Source: Psammoneis japonica (Eukaryota). Taken from it: a stretch of DNA of 64,000 nt. Position 1 is the stretch's first letter. Each line of letters starts with the position of its first letter. Below the pieces are notes generated by a model. That model worked only from the letters and a program-made list of their open reading frames with translations. It had not been told where the DNA came from and did no database searches. Positions 25,107 to 39,087 of the stretch are shown here, piece by piece. Position numbers and translations under genes: made by a program. The DNA lies in the NCBI GenBank assembly GCA_008632985.1, contig QPGO01000008.1, positions 538,979 through 602,978 of the forward strand, given 5' to 3'.

Positions 25107-25988
25107 CTAAGTCTCCATCTCCACCACACCGGTATTACCAGCCGCAAGTGCCGCAGCACTCGGAACAAAGTGCGAGTCCAACACCACGGTAGTCCCCGGC
25201 CGCATGGTGAGACGTTCACTTCGTCGAATGGCATCACGAAAGGGCTTTGTCTCGTTTGGCTTGACGGCTCCACGCGTGTACTCGACCGTTCCGTCCGTGC
25301 GAATGACACAGGTATCGCAGTTGCTACCCGACCCCAAATCGTTAAACACACCCGCAAGAATGGCTCTCTTGACCAACTCGACCGCCTCTGCCTCTTCCAT
25401 GCCTTCGGTCCAACCGTTCTCAAAGACACTCATGGCTGCAAGTGATCCCGATCCCATGGTGGTGTAGGGCAATTTTCCCGTGGATCCGTGTGGGTAAATC
25501 TGGTAGACATGAGGCCCATCGATATCGACTCCGCCCAAGACGAGTGCAGCCGAAATGTGTCCCTGGTATCGAAAGAGCATACGCTTGAGCATGGTACAGG
25601 CTGTCACGAGACGGGACTGCGAGTTGGTGTTCATGCGCAGCAATTCCAACTGAGAACTAATCAACTCGGTCGTCTTTTCCGTATCTGCTGCCGTGCCGGC
25701 TCCGCAGCAATAAATGTTGGGCGCCAGGTAGTGGATCTTTTCGCAGTTCTTCTCCACCACTTCGGTGCCTCCTGTGGCGCGTGTATCGGCTCCCAACACA
25801 ACGCCGTCCTTGTAGACGAGACCCACAATGGTGGTGCCCGTCTTGAGGGCCATGGGCAACACGGATGTATCGGGAGACGCAGCGGCGAGCTTTTCAATCA
25901 TGGCGTTGCGGTGCACATTGTCAAACGAAAAGCCTGATGGATTGCATGACGAGTCGGAAGAAGATGGTGTCCTTGTGAATTCAGACAT
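25107..25988 (-). CDS. PSMB7: 20S proteasome subunit beta-2 (beta type-7)
   Basis: Propeptide [60 protein letters not shown]. Confidence 0.96.
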   Translation of the reverse strand: MSEFTRTPSSSDSSCNPSGFSFDNVHRNAMIEKLAAASPDTSVLPMALKTGTTIVGLVYKDGVVLGADTRATGGTEVVEKNCEKIHYLAPNIYCCGAGTAADTEKTTELISSQLELLRMNTNSQSRLVTACTMLKRMLFRYQGHISAALVLGGVDIDGPHVYQIYPHGSTGKLPYTTMGSGSLAAMSVFENGWTEGMEEAEAVELVKRAILAGVFNDLGSGSNCDTCVIRTDGTVEYTRGAVKPNETKPFRDAIRRSERLTMRPGTTVVLDSHFVPSAAALAAGNTGVVEMET

Positions 25989-26355
25989 GGTTGGAGGTGT
26001 AGTGGTATGGGTATTAGAACAACAACGTCAACAACAAACAGTGCAACAATGTCATCAATGCGGCGAAAGATCGTCGGCCATGTTCGATGCGCTTCGATGT
26101 CTCACGGAGGGAGGGACAGACAGCGGTATGTTTCCGGGTTTCTAAATTGTGTAGAAACTATACGATAAAATACGTACGTACCTTTGGACGGAGTTTCCGG
26201 TAATAATCATTGAACTGGCAGGCGCCGGCCCAAAGATGAAAGCGGTGGTCATCACCGCACTGCGACAGACAAAGCAACGCTGTGTTGTTCCTCATCTCAT
26301 TCAACACCTCTCGACACACTCGAAAAGCAGCTTGTACACCATACGGCCGTGGAGC

Positions 26356-28049
26356 ATGATGGCAGCATCCTCTGCCGCGGGAGGAGTCAGTCTCATTCTC
26401 AAAAAGGAAGGAGCGCCAGCCGTCATGACGACGGAGGAGTCTGTTGCCCGGGCGGCCGCGGGTATTTCTGACAAGAAAATATCAAGTGAAGCAAACGGAC
26501 CTCTGCAAGACTCCAACGCTGCGGTTACTGACGACAGTGACGTGAATGCAGAGACACTAGAGCAAACAAAGGGTCCGGCACACGAGGAAAACAACAATGA
26601 CTGTACTTTTCGTGAGGCGGCTGACACGAACAGCATGACCACCGGCGTAAATGAGATTCCTTCAGGCTACGCGCAGTGCAGTACTGAGGGTACACAGGAA
26701 GGAATCTCGGTTGAAGACGATGCTCACGTTGTAGACGCTGCGCTATTGTCGGCATTGTCCGACCGACGAGAACGTGTTGCTCTGCTTCGTTTGGAGCAGA
26801 CGCTTGTAGACTTTATGAAGGACACAAGTCAAACCAGTATTCAAGTGGGTGGCTTTTCCAATTCGACTGTGATTTACAATCAGGCTGACGGAGTCATGAC
26901 ACCGCCGAGAGCATCGTGCGCAGGAAAGCAGACTAAATTTCAACGACTCTGTCTTCATCGATTGGCGGATCGATTCTGTATTCTCAGAGAAACGGATCTT
27001 GATTCCGAATTCAATGGCGGTCCCGGTCTTATTCGTCTCATCAAGGTGGCAGACTCAAAGATACCCAAACATCTTTTGATTGATTTGGTAGACAATCAAG
27101 AAGACGAGGGACAGGCATCGCTGACGAGAAACTTGTCGGGGCTGGCGCTGGCGGAGAAACCAAAAACGCCGCAGCGGAAAATGAAAATTATGAAGAGGGG
27201 TTCGTCTAGTTTTGGAAGTTCGGGGAGTCTCAAGGACAAGAGCACAAGAGTAGTAACAACAAGGGGAAAAAGACCGCTGGGGCTGCTGCTACTGCTGCCA
27301 ACAAGGGAAAGAACTTGTCCGACAAAGAGAAAGCGTATGCCGCAGCGCGAGCTAGGATTTTCAACAATGAACAAGCGGTCGAGGGGGATGACCAGAGGGC
27401 GAGCATGAGTTCGAATGTTGGGAATAGCGCCGTCTCTTCGGCCTTTTCATCGGCGTATACATCACCATCGACGACTCCACCTCCACCAGCCAACATGACT
27501 TCGTGGTCACCCGCCTCCTTGGAGCGTTCCGCCCTCTTGGAGCGTGCCGCCCTAGATCTTCCTCCGTCTCTATCAGATGAGCAGCAGTGTGCACAGACAC
27601 CGCCGCCACAGGATCGACCGGGATTGGCCAACAGTAGTAGTAGCAACACTAACAACAACCGACCAGCTGCAGCAACCGGTGGAGGTGTAAGCAAGGTGAC
27701 GTGGAGGAATCGAAAACAAGAAGAGAGTGATCCGGACTTTCAAACTCGACATCGAATGCAGGGAGCTACTACGACTGGAGGACTTCATGAATACGGACAG
27801 AATGCCTATCCCTCCTACCATCAGCATGCCCCGCAACACTACTATGCCGGGCAACCTTCAATGACACAGACATCTGCAGCCTTTTATCCAACACAGCACG
27901 GGCAAGCCTATTTTCACTCGTCCTTGCAACAACAACACGCAGTCATGACGCCACCGGGGAGTGGCAGTTCCACGCCCAATCGAGCTAGCGCTAAGCAACG
28001 ACAACGAGGGGGAGGCTATGGGGAGCAAACCAAGCGAGCAATGACATAA
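26356..28049 (+). CDS. R3H + SUZ domain RNA-binding protein (one apparent -1 frameshift at about 27243)
   Basis: RERVALLRLEQ, FQRLCLHRLADRF (R3H), KMKIMKR; after the shift EKAYAAARARIF (SUZ) and ESDPDF. Confidence 0.8.
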
Positions 28050-28452
28050 ATACAGGCAGTACAAATGACTTTCCTGCATTGGGATAAACAGCTCTACTAC
28101 TACTACTCATATATATAGAAACGGGATTTACATGGTAAAACTGCTCAAGTCGTCCGTCCTTTCATTTCTAGTGTATTCTTCTATTCCCTCCCTTGTTTTT
28201 GACGCGAACTCTCGTGCTACCGTACTCTAAGCTGAGCCAAGAGGGTATTTTATAAATTAGAAGTACCTCCGTTACCGATTTTCAAGTACTTCTACAGACA
28301 ATTTCCCAACATAAAAGGAACATACTAGGGTAACTGCACTCCGTTCCTTCATACCTGTTGCTACTAAACGTAAGATTATCAGCCACAAACAGGTCCCCAA
28401 ATAAAAAAAGCTCTGTAGGCTCTATTGTAGAGAGAGTGCGCGAAATAGTACG

Positions 28453-29875
28453 CTATGCTTCATTTTCTTCATCTTGACCCTCACCTACCAGTAGAGCGGT
28501 GCCAATCACTTCATCAAGCATGAGAGACCTGATGTCTTCTGCGCATGTCACTTCAACAGGAATATGTACGACCTGACGACAATCATTATTAACACGCAAC
28601 ACAGTGGCTTCACAACGTCTCCCTGATCTTTAGTATCAAGGACGCTGACAAAATCCCATTCGTTTTGGACTCGTTTTCCATCGGCACCAACAATGACGTC
28701 CTCCCAACTCACCCAACTCTCAGGCAAATATCGACAAGCCCGCAGGCCTGCTCTAGCCGCAGGACTGAATGGCAGGACTCTCGTAATTGGAGCGCCCGGG
28801 AATATTTGGCCTTCGGACGTTTCAATGTCGTACTGTACTGGGGTAGGAATTACAGATATCCCTATTGCCGGATTTGTTGCTTCACCGTCCCGTATGATCT
28901 GGGTTGCGATCCTCTTGATTGTATCTATTGGAATTGCAAAGTGAACACCAACAGCATCGGTTGCGCTACCTGTGTGCATCCCAATCAGTTTACCGCGACT
29001 ATCCAGCAATGGTCCACCGCTGCTGCCCGGACAAAACGAACCTTTGCGGGTCAAAAAGGCAACAAAGTATAGAATGTCAAATCCAATAGGAATATCATTT
29101 GAAAAAGGACCGGGCAGAAATGACAGCATTTTTACTCACCATCTGTTTGAATTGCACCAGGAATGCGATGTTTTGAACCGCGTACAACTTGGTCTAAGGC
29201 ACAAATCACTCCCTTTGTCAGAGTATTTGAGTAATCACATGGATGTCCAATTCCCAGACAAGTTTGACCGACTCGCAGATTCCTCGAGGAGCCAACGCGA
29301 ATCGGTCGCGGCAATGATGGTGAATGATCATGCAATGATATTTTGAGAACGGCAACATCTCGGATCTGTTCACTTCCAACAATTCGTGCCTCAAACGTTT
29401 TAAGCAAGCCGGGCAACTTGACTGTCACTCGACGGGGCTGGCCACCTCCGAGTACAACATGATGGTTGGTGAGAATGTGTCCCTGAGTGTCCCACAAGAA
29501 GCCACTTCCCTTTCGAGAGACTTCTTCATCTTTTTCTTCAACATACACACAAATGTCTGCCACGCATGGTAAAGCTCGCGAGAAGGCTTTTATGGTTCTT
29601 TGTTCGTCGTCATCATTGAAACTGCTCCGAAGAACGTGATCCTGGAGTAACTCCTTCAAGTCACGTTTTATCTTTGCCATATGCAGCCGAAGAGCAGAGC
29701 TTCTTCGCGTTTTCAGGAACGTATCATATTCTTCGCTTGATGCCCACAGCCCATCACCGTCAGAGTTTAACCCGTGATATGCCTCGAAGTATAGCGATGG
29801 TGTCATGGAGAAGCAAAGAAAGCAACATCTGAAAAAGATCGTGAACACAAGTGCGACGGCTTTTAGGCACATCAT
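28453..29875 (-). CDS. Deg/HtrA serine protease with PDZ domain, divergent; intron 29042-29139; frameshift at about 28612
   Basis: GSGFLWD..ILTNHHV (His), RDVAVLKI (Asp), IQTDGSFCPGSSGGPLLDSRG (Ser), PDZ SPAARAGL..DVIVGADG. Confidence 0.82.
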
Positions 29876-30929
29876 AGTGACCAGGTGATACCGGTAGGTG
29901 ATCAACGTGTTCGTGTTGATGCTTGATCAATGATCATGTTCCAAGTTCTTGTCGCGAATCATCGCGAAGTCATGAGTGCCTGTCGCATACGGTAACGATA
30001 CGCGCTCTATCATACACAGTACAGTATGATACCGTAGTAGAACTGCACTTTCCTGTCAGCTTGTCGGCGTGGATATTTTTGTGTCGCCTGGTTTGGGTTT
30101 GGGTTGCATCCGCTGCGCGTCTGTGTGAACACAAATTTGAAAATCCTCTTCTCGTGCTCTCAGTTACAATAGAGAACTGTCCCGTTTGATGTTATTATTC
30201 TTCAGAACTGATATGGTGACTAAAAGCACCCGCAGTAGAATGAATTGGGGAGAAACGAAGGAATAAAAAGTACAGCAAAAGCGTGCGTCAAATCAAAATC
30301 AGAATCGCTTGTGCTGTAGTCTAGTCCTAGCTTGATAGCATGACAGGTGGTGGGTTTATTGATAATTCGTTTTCTTTATAAGGCGATAACTTTATACCGG
30401 CTACGAAATTATTTCAATGTCACAATTTTTGGTGCTCTAAGATTTTGGCCAGTGCGAGGTTGGCAGGTTTCTCTCTAGAGCCTACATACTCTCTAGCTCT
30501 ATCTAGCTACATAGATCTAGTCGTAGTAGACTGCGTGATGCAGTCTGGCGTACTTAGTTAAAAAACAGAATTTGCTCCACTTCTTGTGGGTACCAGTAGC
30601 TCTAGTTCGATTGAAGAATCGAGAGAAACGCGATAAATCAAATGTTCGCATTTTTCTTGTGCTCACATAATCTGGCAGCCACCCCCTCGAACGCAAACGA
30701 CGTTCGAATAATCGCGATGCGCTTCGGCTGGCTCTGAAAGAACTTCGAATTATTTAGCCGTAGAAGACTAGCGTAGAATCTACATAGCAAGTCTGCCCAT
30801 CTTCCGTACAGACCACAAAAATCAGCAGGTTTGTTGTTGCTGTCGATCCAGAAGCTGCGACTCCTCGTCCTCTGTCCAGGAAGTTCAAAGTAAGATTTGT
30901 CCTTTGGCTGAAAGGAGAGATTCTTAACC

Positions 30930-33900
30930 ATGACGGATGAGGAAAATGCCAGTGACGGCAAGGAGGAGTCAGAGACTGAGAAAAAGAAAGATAACGAGTC
31001 GACGCCGTCCGACAACCACGAAAGCTCAAGCTCCTCTGAATCTGAAGAAGACGACTCATCATCGATTAGTAGCAGTGAAGACGAAGACGATAAGGCTTCT
31101 TCCGCATCAGTCGCTGCTAAGCTGCCCGCCAATCTTACCGGCGCCGATGGTCACCAGCTCTCTGAATACGAGCTTCAACGGTTGGAACGGATTCAGCGCA
31201 ACCAGGCTTATTTGAAGGAGCTGGGTCTTGAAGAAGGTCAATTAGCTAAGAAAGCCAAGAAGTCGGCGTCTGAGAACAGGAAGAAGCGTTCAAAGCCGGT
31301 GGTCGCTGTAGCTCCAAGACAATCACTCTCTCGGAGTATAAAACGTCAAGTGAGCTATGCGGAACCAAAACTTCGAAAAAGCGACGAGAAGGAGTATATT
31401 ATCAACAAGCCACCGAGAGAGTACAAGAAAAAGGCCCCTCGTATGGATAGGATTGTCTATGACGAATTCCAACGCATTTCTACTGCGTCAAAACAAGCAC
31501 TGAAGACCGCCAAATCGCAGCTCCGCCAAGTGAAGGTCGAACATCGCTATGCTGTCAAAGCTTATGAGTCTTTTCAGAAGCAGGAACGTAGACGTACTGA
31601 GCTTGAAAAGCGATACGAGGAGATGGAAAGAGAACGGAGATGGTTGGGAGGCAAGACAAGGAAGGAAACGCTGCAGATAGCAGACCGACGCATGAACGAT
31701 CTTTACATGATTCGCGGGAGGCATCAACGGTGGATCTGGGAACAACAGCGCCAAGGCCAGAACTCGCAGCACCGTGAAGCAGCAGAGAAGAAAATGGCGA
31801 TGCTTGATGCCCTAAACCGCTTCCCTGTGGCTATAAAGGTAAGAGTGATCTAGGTTGACGGTGCGCACGTTTCTTTGCAGTGACGGCTTGGATCTTATTT
31901 GCCGGTTCTGATTATTAGGAGGCCACGAATGTCTTGAACATACTTCTACTTCAGAGATCTCCGAAGGACCCTCCTCCGCCGCGACGTGGCACGCGTAAAC
32001 GCCCAGGATCAGAGGAGTCCGAATCACCGGCAAAGAGACCTGCAACAGTGGAGGCTATGACAGCCATTTCAGCTCCGTCCGTGACCATTTCCAATGCAAC
32101 ACAGAACACTGAGTCGCTGTCGAACGCAGTCACGGTCAATACAGATCAACCTGCTCAAAAGCCAGCTGCTAAGCGCAAAGAGTTTCTGGTTCGTAACGTT
32201 GGAGGGTGGGTCTCACCCGAGTTTTCTGAATCTATCAAGCGAACGTGGTTAGAAAGCAGTCGCCCCACATCCTACTTCATCCCACAAGTTGGAGATGTCG
32301 TTCTGTGAGTTTATTTTCTAAAGCAATCGGATTGTTTATGCCGCACTGTTTACGTCTCACTTATTCTCGTATGATTACTGTTAGGTACTACCCCGCAGGT
32401 CATCGAGCATTTCTGAAAGCGCATCCAGATGTTTTGGGTAAAAAGTCGCGAAACAAAACTCGAATGCCTTTGATGGAACGCGCGAAGAAAGAATTCAACA
32501 AGAAAAACAAAGAAACCGAGACTGCTGGAAAAACGGACGGGGATACAAAGGACGTCGAACAGAAATCGGAGCAAGAGGCAACAGATTCAGGCTGTTGTTG
32601 GTACAATGAAAGTTGGATTGAGTCGGATGGCAGCTATCCTCTGATATGCCGTGTGGAGAAAACACACGCCGAGTTCCCACCAGACCCCAATGCCGAACAT
32701 AAGCAAGTTGAAAAAGAACAAGACGGAGGTGTCAAGGTAGTGTTTGTTGTTCCGAAAAAAGGAAGGAAAAAGCACACTCCTCCCATTTGCCTCGTGGTTC
32801 AGTTGAATCCTCTTTGCCCAATACTGCCATCCACTGAAGCGGGTCAAGAATCCCTTGGGATTCCTCCGAAGTTCTGCGCTGTTACTTTTCCGTGCAAAGC
32901 GTCACCATTTATTGTTCCCTTCTCGTGGGCCTTTCGACGGGCGCACTCTCTTTCAAAAGGCGATACTGTCAAAATCAAAGGGGGAGACTCGACGGCACGA
33001 GTTATCGGTCCCAAGCTTGGGAGTCACGGCGACAGCCACTCCCTTGACGACAACGCATACCCAGAGCTCCTTTCTGTGCTTGAATCTAAAGGCGCTGAAT
33101 TCATTGTGAAGTCACTGGAAAAGGTCCTTTTGCGTCGTTCCTCTGATACGACGCCGTGTACGTACAGACTGCCCCTTTTGGACATTTGTGTTGTAACTGA
33201 CTTTCTTATCACTCGCATGAAAAGGAATGCAGCAGTCGCACCTGCCATGGATCAGACAATTAATCAAGATGATTTCGTATCAGGACTGATTCATTTGATT
33301 CGCAAGACCCTTCCTTTGTGGAATGGTGTTGCAGTGATGGGCGAGGGTAGGCGACAGCGTCACTACTCCGCTTGGGAATTGACAAGAAGTGAAAGCAAGG
33401 AAAAGGCTCTCAATCATCTTGAAGTATTCTCCTCGTTGAACACCAGCTACAATATGAACAGTGGTCTTATTCACACTTTGGACGAATCTATGAGAGCAAA
33501 GATTGAATGTACACTAGAGGACTATGTCAAAGGCACAGAAGATGCCAAATTGTTTGTGTCCCCGGTTACCGATGAAATCGCTCCATCATACAGCTGCGCC
33601 GTTCCACTGACCATGTGCTTTGAGCGAATTCTACAGCGTCTCAAACGCGGGAAAAGAGATTCATTCTGCTACTATCGGAGCGTCGATGGCGTTCTTTCCG
33701 ACTTGAGTGATATCGGATACAACTGTGTGGTAAGTTGTGAGTGCGGCGAGAAAACGGGGAAGGCGCTTCGTTTCTAACCCCTTTCCTCATGTGACCTGAT
33801 TACGCAGCTTTATAACAGTGCAAATTCATCTATTGTTGAAATGGTCAACCACGTTATACCTCCTTGCAAGAAGTCTATTTCTCAGTTGGTTTCTCGTCAC

Positions 33901-36900
33901 TTGCGTGAGAAAGCTGCTCGAGAAAAGGCGAACGATGAGCAGCGGAAGCTTGTAATGCTTCAGTTTGATTCTTCGGAACAGGCAGAAAAGACTGAGAATG
34001 ATAGTCGAGCATCGACTCGGCGAAAGCCTTCGTCCAAACGACGCTCTCGCATCGTTCCGTTCAATCAGCCTTTGAATCGCACTTGGATGCAAAGCTTTTA
34101 TCCCGATCATTCTTTCGCACACCATGGTGGAAAGACAACAGACTCAGCGACGGCAGACGCTGACTTGGCAAGTAACTCGCGCCCCACGAAACCGAAGATG
34201 GTTAAGGCGGAAGAGGTCTATTGGGTGCCTCAGACTGGAGACACCATTTTGTATTCTCATGAGCTACATTCTCGATTCATCAAGAACCATTACAGGTCTT
34301 TGACGACAGAGCAGTGCATGTTGCCCCAGTTCAATAACCAAGAGGAGAACAAGATGAATGAGGACTCCGACATTGCGAAGGGTGCTGCTGGGTCAGAGCA
34401 ATGGGGCGCTAATTGGATTGTGGGGCATATCGTATCAGTTCGGGCTTCATTTCCTCGTGAATGCGAATCGAAAGACGGGAAGGACAGCTTCGAAGAGGCG
34501 TCTCCTGTACTCAGTGTGGGAGTCAGCTTCAAGTACAGCTGGGCGTCCAAATCAATGTACACGATACACTGGCGACCCTGTCACCTCCGTTATACCGGCA
34601 AAACCCCGTCACAGGCTATTTCCGGACATGCAACCAGGAACACTAGAGACTCTTCCGTTGACGAAGATTGTATTGAAGCGAAATGCTGCGAGGCTTGTGG
34701 ACTGAGTCAAAAAGCGTCCTTTTTGCGGCCTGCGTGGATTTCCTTAGATGGAGAACCAGGCGTGGAGAGCCAAAGTGTCGCGCTTCCTGATGCTTCGGAG
34801 ATTTCATCCGTTCTGGACCCGCCCACGGGATTGAATGAGCTTGAAGCCAAAGCCCTCGATAGATGTTTTAATTTGTTGAAGAAAAGGTGTATGGTTGGGA
34901 TTTCGGCTGACTATGTCGATCCCAACTTGCGTGTCGAGAACGTCAAGCGGGGGTGGCAGCCAATTGCCAAGGGAAGTTCTCGGCTTCCATCTTTCGAGAA
35001 GCTTTTGACGTCAAAAACAGTCGACGCTAGCAGGAAGCGAACGAAGACAGTGCGTGCGAAAGGAGCTGAAGTCAATCAAGATGATGCCCAGAGACTCCTC
35101 GCCGAGGTGCATTTTCTCCCACCTTGGGCGTCGCGTCCTGGGGATTTGGATGACACTCAAGCAGCAGAGGGCAAGGCAAAAAGCAAAGTCAGAGTGAAGC
35201 TTCATCAGCATTGGACGATGACACCAAATCCAAATCTTTCACTTGAGCTCATACAATTGCGATTACGTTATAACTTCTATCGAACAAAAGCGGCATTGAT
35301 TCACGACATCAACGAGGCCTACGTTGTTTCTGTGCTCCAAATTCTAGCCAAACCGTCCCATCAAAAGGCATGGAAAGCTATTTCTATTTCCAAAATAGCT
35401 AAGGCGTTAATGGTCAAGGACGCACCGAAAGGAAAGACTGGAAGTTCGAAAGAGACGCCGTCGACCACTTCCCAGATGCCAAAGAATAAAATGCTGAATG
35501 AAGAGGAAGCTTTATATAAAGACAAGATTGAGAAGATCCGTACATTATACGCAACGGCCGTGGCAAGTGCTGCCGAAACGAGTACAGCGGAAATGATATT
35601 CGGTACTGCAATACAGAAGAAACCAAAAGAAACGAAGCCGGCCGCCACAGCAACACAGGAAAGCGACCGCTTGATGATGATTCGTCAAAAAGTTGAAGAG
35701 CTGTTGTCTGCTCTAGCTCGGGATCCCTGTCTCAATCGCGTACCTCCATTGCCACAGACAGCTCCTTATCCAACTGTAACAGTCAAAGTTCGCTCGAATG
35801 CTCTACAAGTATCTGGAGTATCATCGGAGTCGCCTCGTATACCCTCGAGCAATCCCGGTGATGGGAGCCGTGCCCCTGATCCAGACGAACACGAGTCACC
35901 CGATGTTTCGAAACCAATTGCGTTTGAACCTAGGGATTACATTGGTAATGACGCGCTAACGCGGGCTTTCTATGGACGTGTGGGGCGAAACGAACCGTGT
36001 GCTAGGTGTCAGGTGAACAAACGCCCCATGCTTGCATGCAGAGTCAGAAGGGGGCATTCGAACGCCGACTTCGACTGGATAGATTACTTCAGGGGCACGG
36101 GTGGAATCGACAATATGATTGACAGCTTTTCAGGTAGTGGCACTTCTTCCGGTTCGGTCGCTCACGTTATCCCGGGGGCGACAACGGGGCCAGTGGCGCA
36201 GACAGCAGTGGTCAGTCAAACCAAGGGAGCCGCCCATTCTGATCCTGTACCAAGTCAGGAAGAAAAAGAAGTTAGTGCTGAATCATCCCACATTCAGTTA
36301 CATCCTGCCGTTGTCCTAGAGAGAGCGCAATTGGTATTGAAGATGGCCGAGGCGGAAGTTGAGAATGCGTCGGAAAAGATGAAAGAGCCTTCAAGACTAA
36401 GCGATGAATTTATTCGCCTCTATTTTCCGCTTGACCCGAGTGATGGGCACTATAATTACTGCGTAGTGTGCGGTCTAAGCGGTGACATTCTCTGTTGTGA
36501 AGGCTGCCCGACCGTTGCCCATGCACCATGTGTGAATCTCTCCGAGGTGCCAGAAGGTGATTGGTACTGCTCTAAATGCGAAGCAAAGAAAGGAGATGAT
36601 GTCGAGAGTGAGTCTCGCGCGGAAGCAGGCACAAAGGACGAATCCGTCACGGCAAACAGCGCCAACGTCACATCGTCGCAAGACGATCACGAAAACCCCG
36701 TGGCGGCCTCGCCAGGGGCCAAGATTGAGCCAATGGTCCCTAATAATCCATCTCCGACTTCGGTTGCAGAAATTCTTGAAGAGTTGCGCTCTTACCGGAT
36801 CAAATCGTCGGGCAAAGACCCTGGAACAGGTAAGAAAGGGCAAGAGAATGAAGGAGACGAAGAGAAAGCGAAGGATCAGGTGGACGTCGGTACGAAGATA

Positions 36901-37260
36901 TTGAAGAACTTCGGCGAGATGGGCGATTTCGAAGGCGTGGTACGGAAAGTGCCTTCACCCTCTAGTCCTTTTTATTCCGTTCAATACAACGACGGGGATG
37001 AGGAGGATATGTCGGAAGATGAAATACAGAAGCACCTTGTGCAGAACAAGGAACCGGGCGAGCCGACGATTACGGAGAAGCCGGGGAGGGGAAGACCGAG
37101 GAAATATGTAACCGCCGATGACTGCCCCCCGAAGGAGAAGAGGAAAAGGGGGAGGCCAAAGAAGATTGTCGTGGCAGATACAGATGCTGGTACGAATGAA
37201 CAGGAACCTCCCAAGAAGCGGGGAAGGGGTAGACCTCGTAAAAAGGAAGCAAACGCATGA
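30930..37260 (+). CDS. Large chromatin-reader protein: BRWD/PHIP-ancillary-like and bromodomain-like modules, PHD finger, Tudor-like domain, AT-hooks; 4 exons
   Basis: Exons 30930-31838, 31919-32304, 32385-33729, 33808-37260 in frame; YFIPQVGDVVLYYPAGH, FVSPVT..APSY..YYRS..NCVLYN, PHD CVVCGLSGDILCCEGCPTVAH..C..WYCSKC, YSVQYNDGDEEDM, three RGRP motifs. Confidence 0.85.
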
Positions 37261-37444
37261 CATGGTGACGATCGTCCGGTACAAGAAGCGAACACTGCAA
37301 TTGCACCGTTTTTGAACAGCGGTAAGAAACTGAACATATGGGCTTATCTGCTTCTGCTATCCAAAGCTACTCGTCTAAGTCTAGATTCCTCGTACCCGCC
37401 CGTTTCAACTACATACTTGTACACGCATCTCACCAGATACTTAG

Positions 37445-39046
37445 TTAAAAGTCGCCACCCGCCATAAAGTTCTTGATCATCTCCAAGGCAACTTCAGGTT
37501 GATCGCTAGGCACCATATGACCGGCGTCTATAATCTGCAAGAAATGGAATCCGTTGGAACTCTTGGCAATTCCCGTTCCATTGTTCCAGTCATGATCCTC
37601 GGCGGCATTGAATTCATCCTTGTGATCCCAGTCCAACGCAAGCGTCCAGGCACGGTTTCCGAGATAATTGCAAATGAAATCAACGTCACCGGCATATATC
37701 AAGACGGGTAATCCGTCATTGAGCATATCCTTAATATAAGGGCTGAAATCCTTCATCCAGTCCGTGTGGAAACGAAGATTGATGCCCATGTTGCAGGACC
37801 TCCAACTGCCACTCTCCTCGGTAACGTGCAGGGCCTTGCGCGTCGAGTCCAAATTCAAGAATTCTTCAACGTTGGAAAAGTCATAGCACAATGGAGGATG
37901 CTCACACTTCTTGCGAATGTCGTAGGGATTCTTCATTGTGGCGGTGTAAGGAGAGGTGAGGCCGAGGTTGCAAACAGTAAATGCGGTTTGACAAGCAAAA
38001 GCGTTCGCCATGGAGTCCCCTTCATTGCATTTGTGGATGAGATAGGTGCACTTAGGCACAACTTGTTGCATGGCATTGTAAGTCTCTTCATTGACGACCT
38101 TAATCCCATGGGAATTGTTGTACACCATTTCAGGGTACCACTTGTACTGTTCTTCTGGATCGGTAAGCCCATTGCCTACGGCGACCCCGGCAAGGTTCAG
38201 CTTGATCAATCCTTCCTTGACATTCTTGTTTCCCAACCAGACGCGGTGAGCAATGGCGGGAGCATAGTGTCCTCCGTATGATTCTCCCACCACGTAGAGT
38301 GGAGACGAGGCATATTCGGGGTGCTTCTGGAAGAAGGCTTGCAAAAAGTAGTAGGCGTCTTCTGAAATCATGTCTTCGTTCTTATCCGTCTCTGATCCGT
38401 AGCTGTAGCCAACCCCCGCCGGTTGGTCCAGCCATAGCACATGTGCCGCCTCCGTCCAAGAGTATGGATTGAGCTTGGTAGATTTCCCGTCAGGATTGAC
38501 CGAGCACGGGCCATTTTCCGACAAGAGTGCCAGAGTCGAGGAGCAGCCCGGTCCACCCGTTAACCACACAAGGAACGGAATCTCCTCGTCATCCGTTTCT
38601 TCCTCGACAGAAGAAGGACGTTTCTCAAACATCCAGTAAAAGAGGTGCTTGTTCTCTCCTTCTTGATCATACTTGCTACCCTTTACATCCATGTATCCCG
38701 AGAGAGACTTGCTCGATGCATCACACAAGTCGTCATCCACCTCGTGTTCCACTAGCGTATGAACGGCATTCTCCACAAAGTCAAACGAGTCGCCCGGAGA
38801 TGAGCAGTCAAAGACGCCCGGCGGAACGTTCTCGGCCTGACTGGGGCTCAAGCACTCGGACGGAATGGCTTCGCACTTGCACCATACACAAGGGCTGCTG
38901 GACTCATCGTCCACAGTGCCACGGCAGGTGGCTTCATCCTTGGCAGCGTTACACGCAGACGCATCTTCCTTGAGGACACTGCCACGCAAGTCGGACGCAC
39001 CAACGGCAGATGCCAGCAAGAAGAAACGAAACGACGACAGCTTCAT
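37445..39046 (-). CDS. Serine carboxypeptidase (S10, CPY-like) with signal peptide
   Basis: WLTGGPGCSS, LDQPAGVGYS, GESYGGHY (Ser), GDVDFICN (Asp), AGHMVPSDQP (His). Confidence 0.95.
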   Translation of the reverse strand: MKLSSFRFFLLASAVGASDLRGSVLKEDASACNAAKDEATCRGTVDDESSSPCVWCKCEAIPSECLSPSQAENVPPGVFDCSSPGDSFDFVENAVHTLVEHEVDDDLCDASSKSLSGYMDVKGSKYDQEGENKHLFYWMFEKRPSSVEEETDDEEIPFLVWLTGGPGCSSTLALLSENGPCSVNPDGKSTKLNPYSWTEAAHVLWLDQPAGVGYSYGSETDKNEDMISEDAYYFLQAFFQKHPEYASSPLYVVGESYGGHYAPAIAHRVWLGNKNVKEGLIKLNLAGVAVGNGLTDPEEQYKWYPEMVYNNSHGIKVVNEETYNAMQQVVPKCTYLIHKCNEGDSMANAFACQTAFTVCNLGLTSPYTATMKNPYDIRKKCEHPPLCYDFSNVEEFLNLDSTRKALHVTEESGSWRSCNMGINLRFHTDWMKDFSPYIKDMLNDGLPVLIYAGDVDFICNYLGNRAWTLALDWDHKDEFNAAEDHDWNNGTGIAKSSNGFHFLQIIDAGHMVPSDQPEVALEMIKNFMAGGDF

Positions 39047-39087
39047 AATAATCAATTTCTTCTTATAGAGCTACAAAAGTATTCGGA

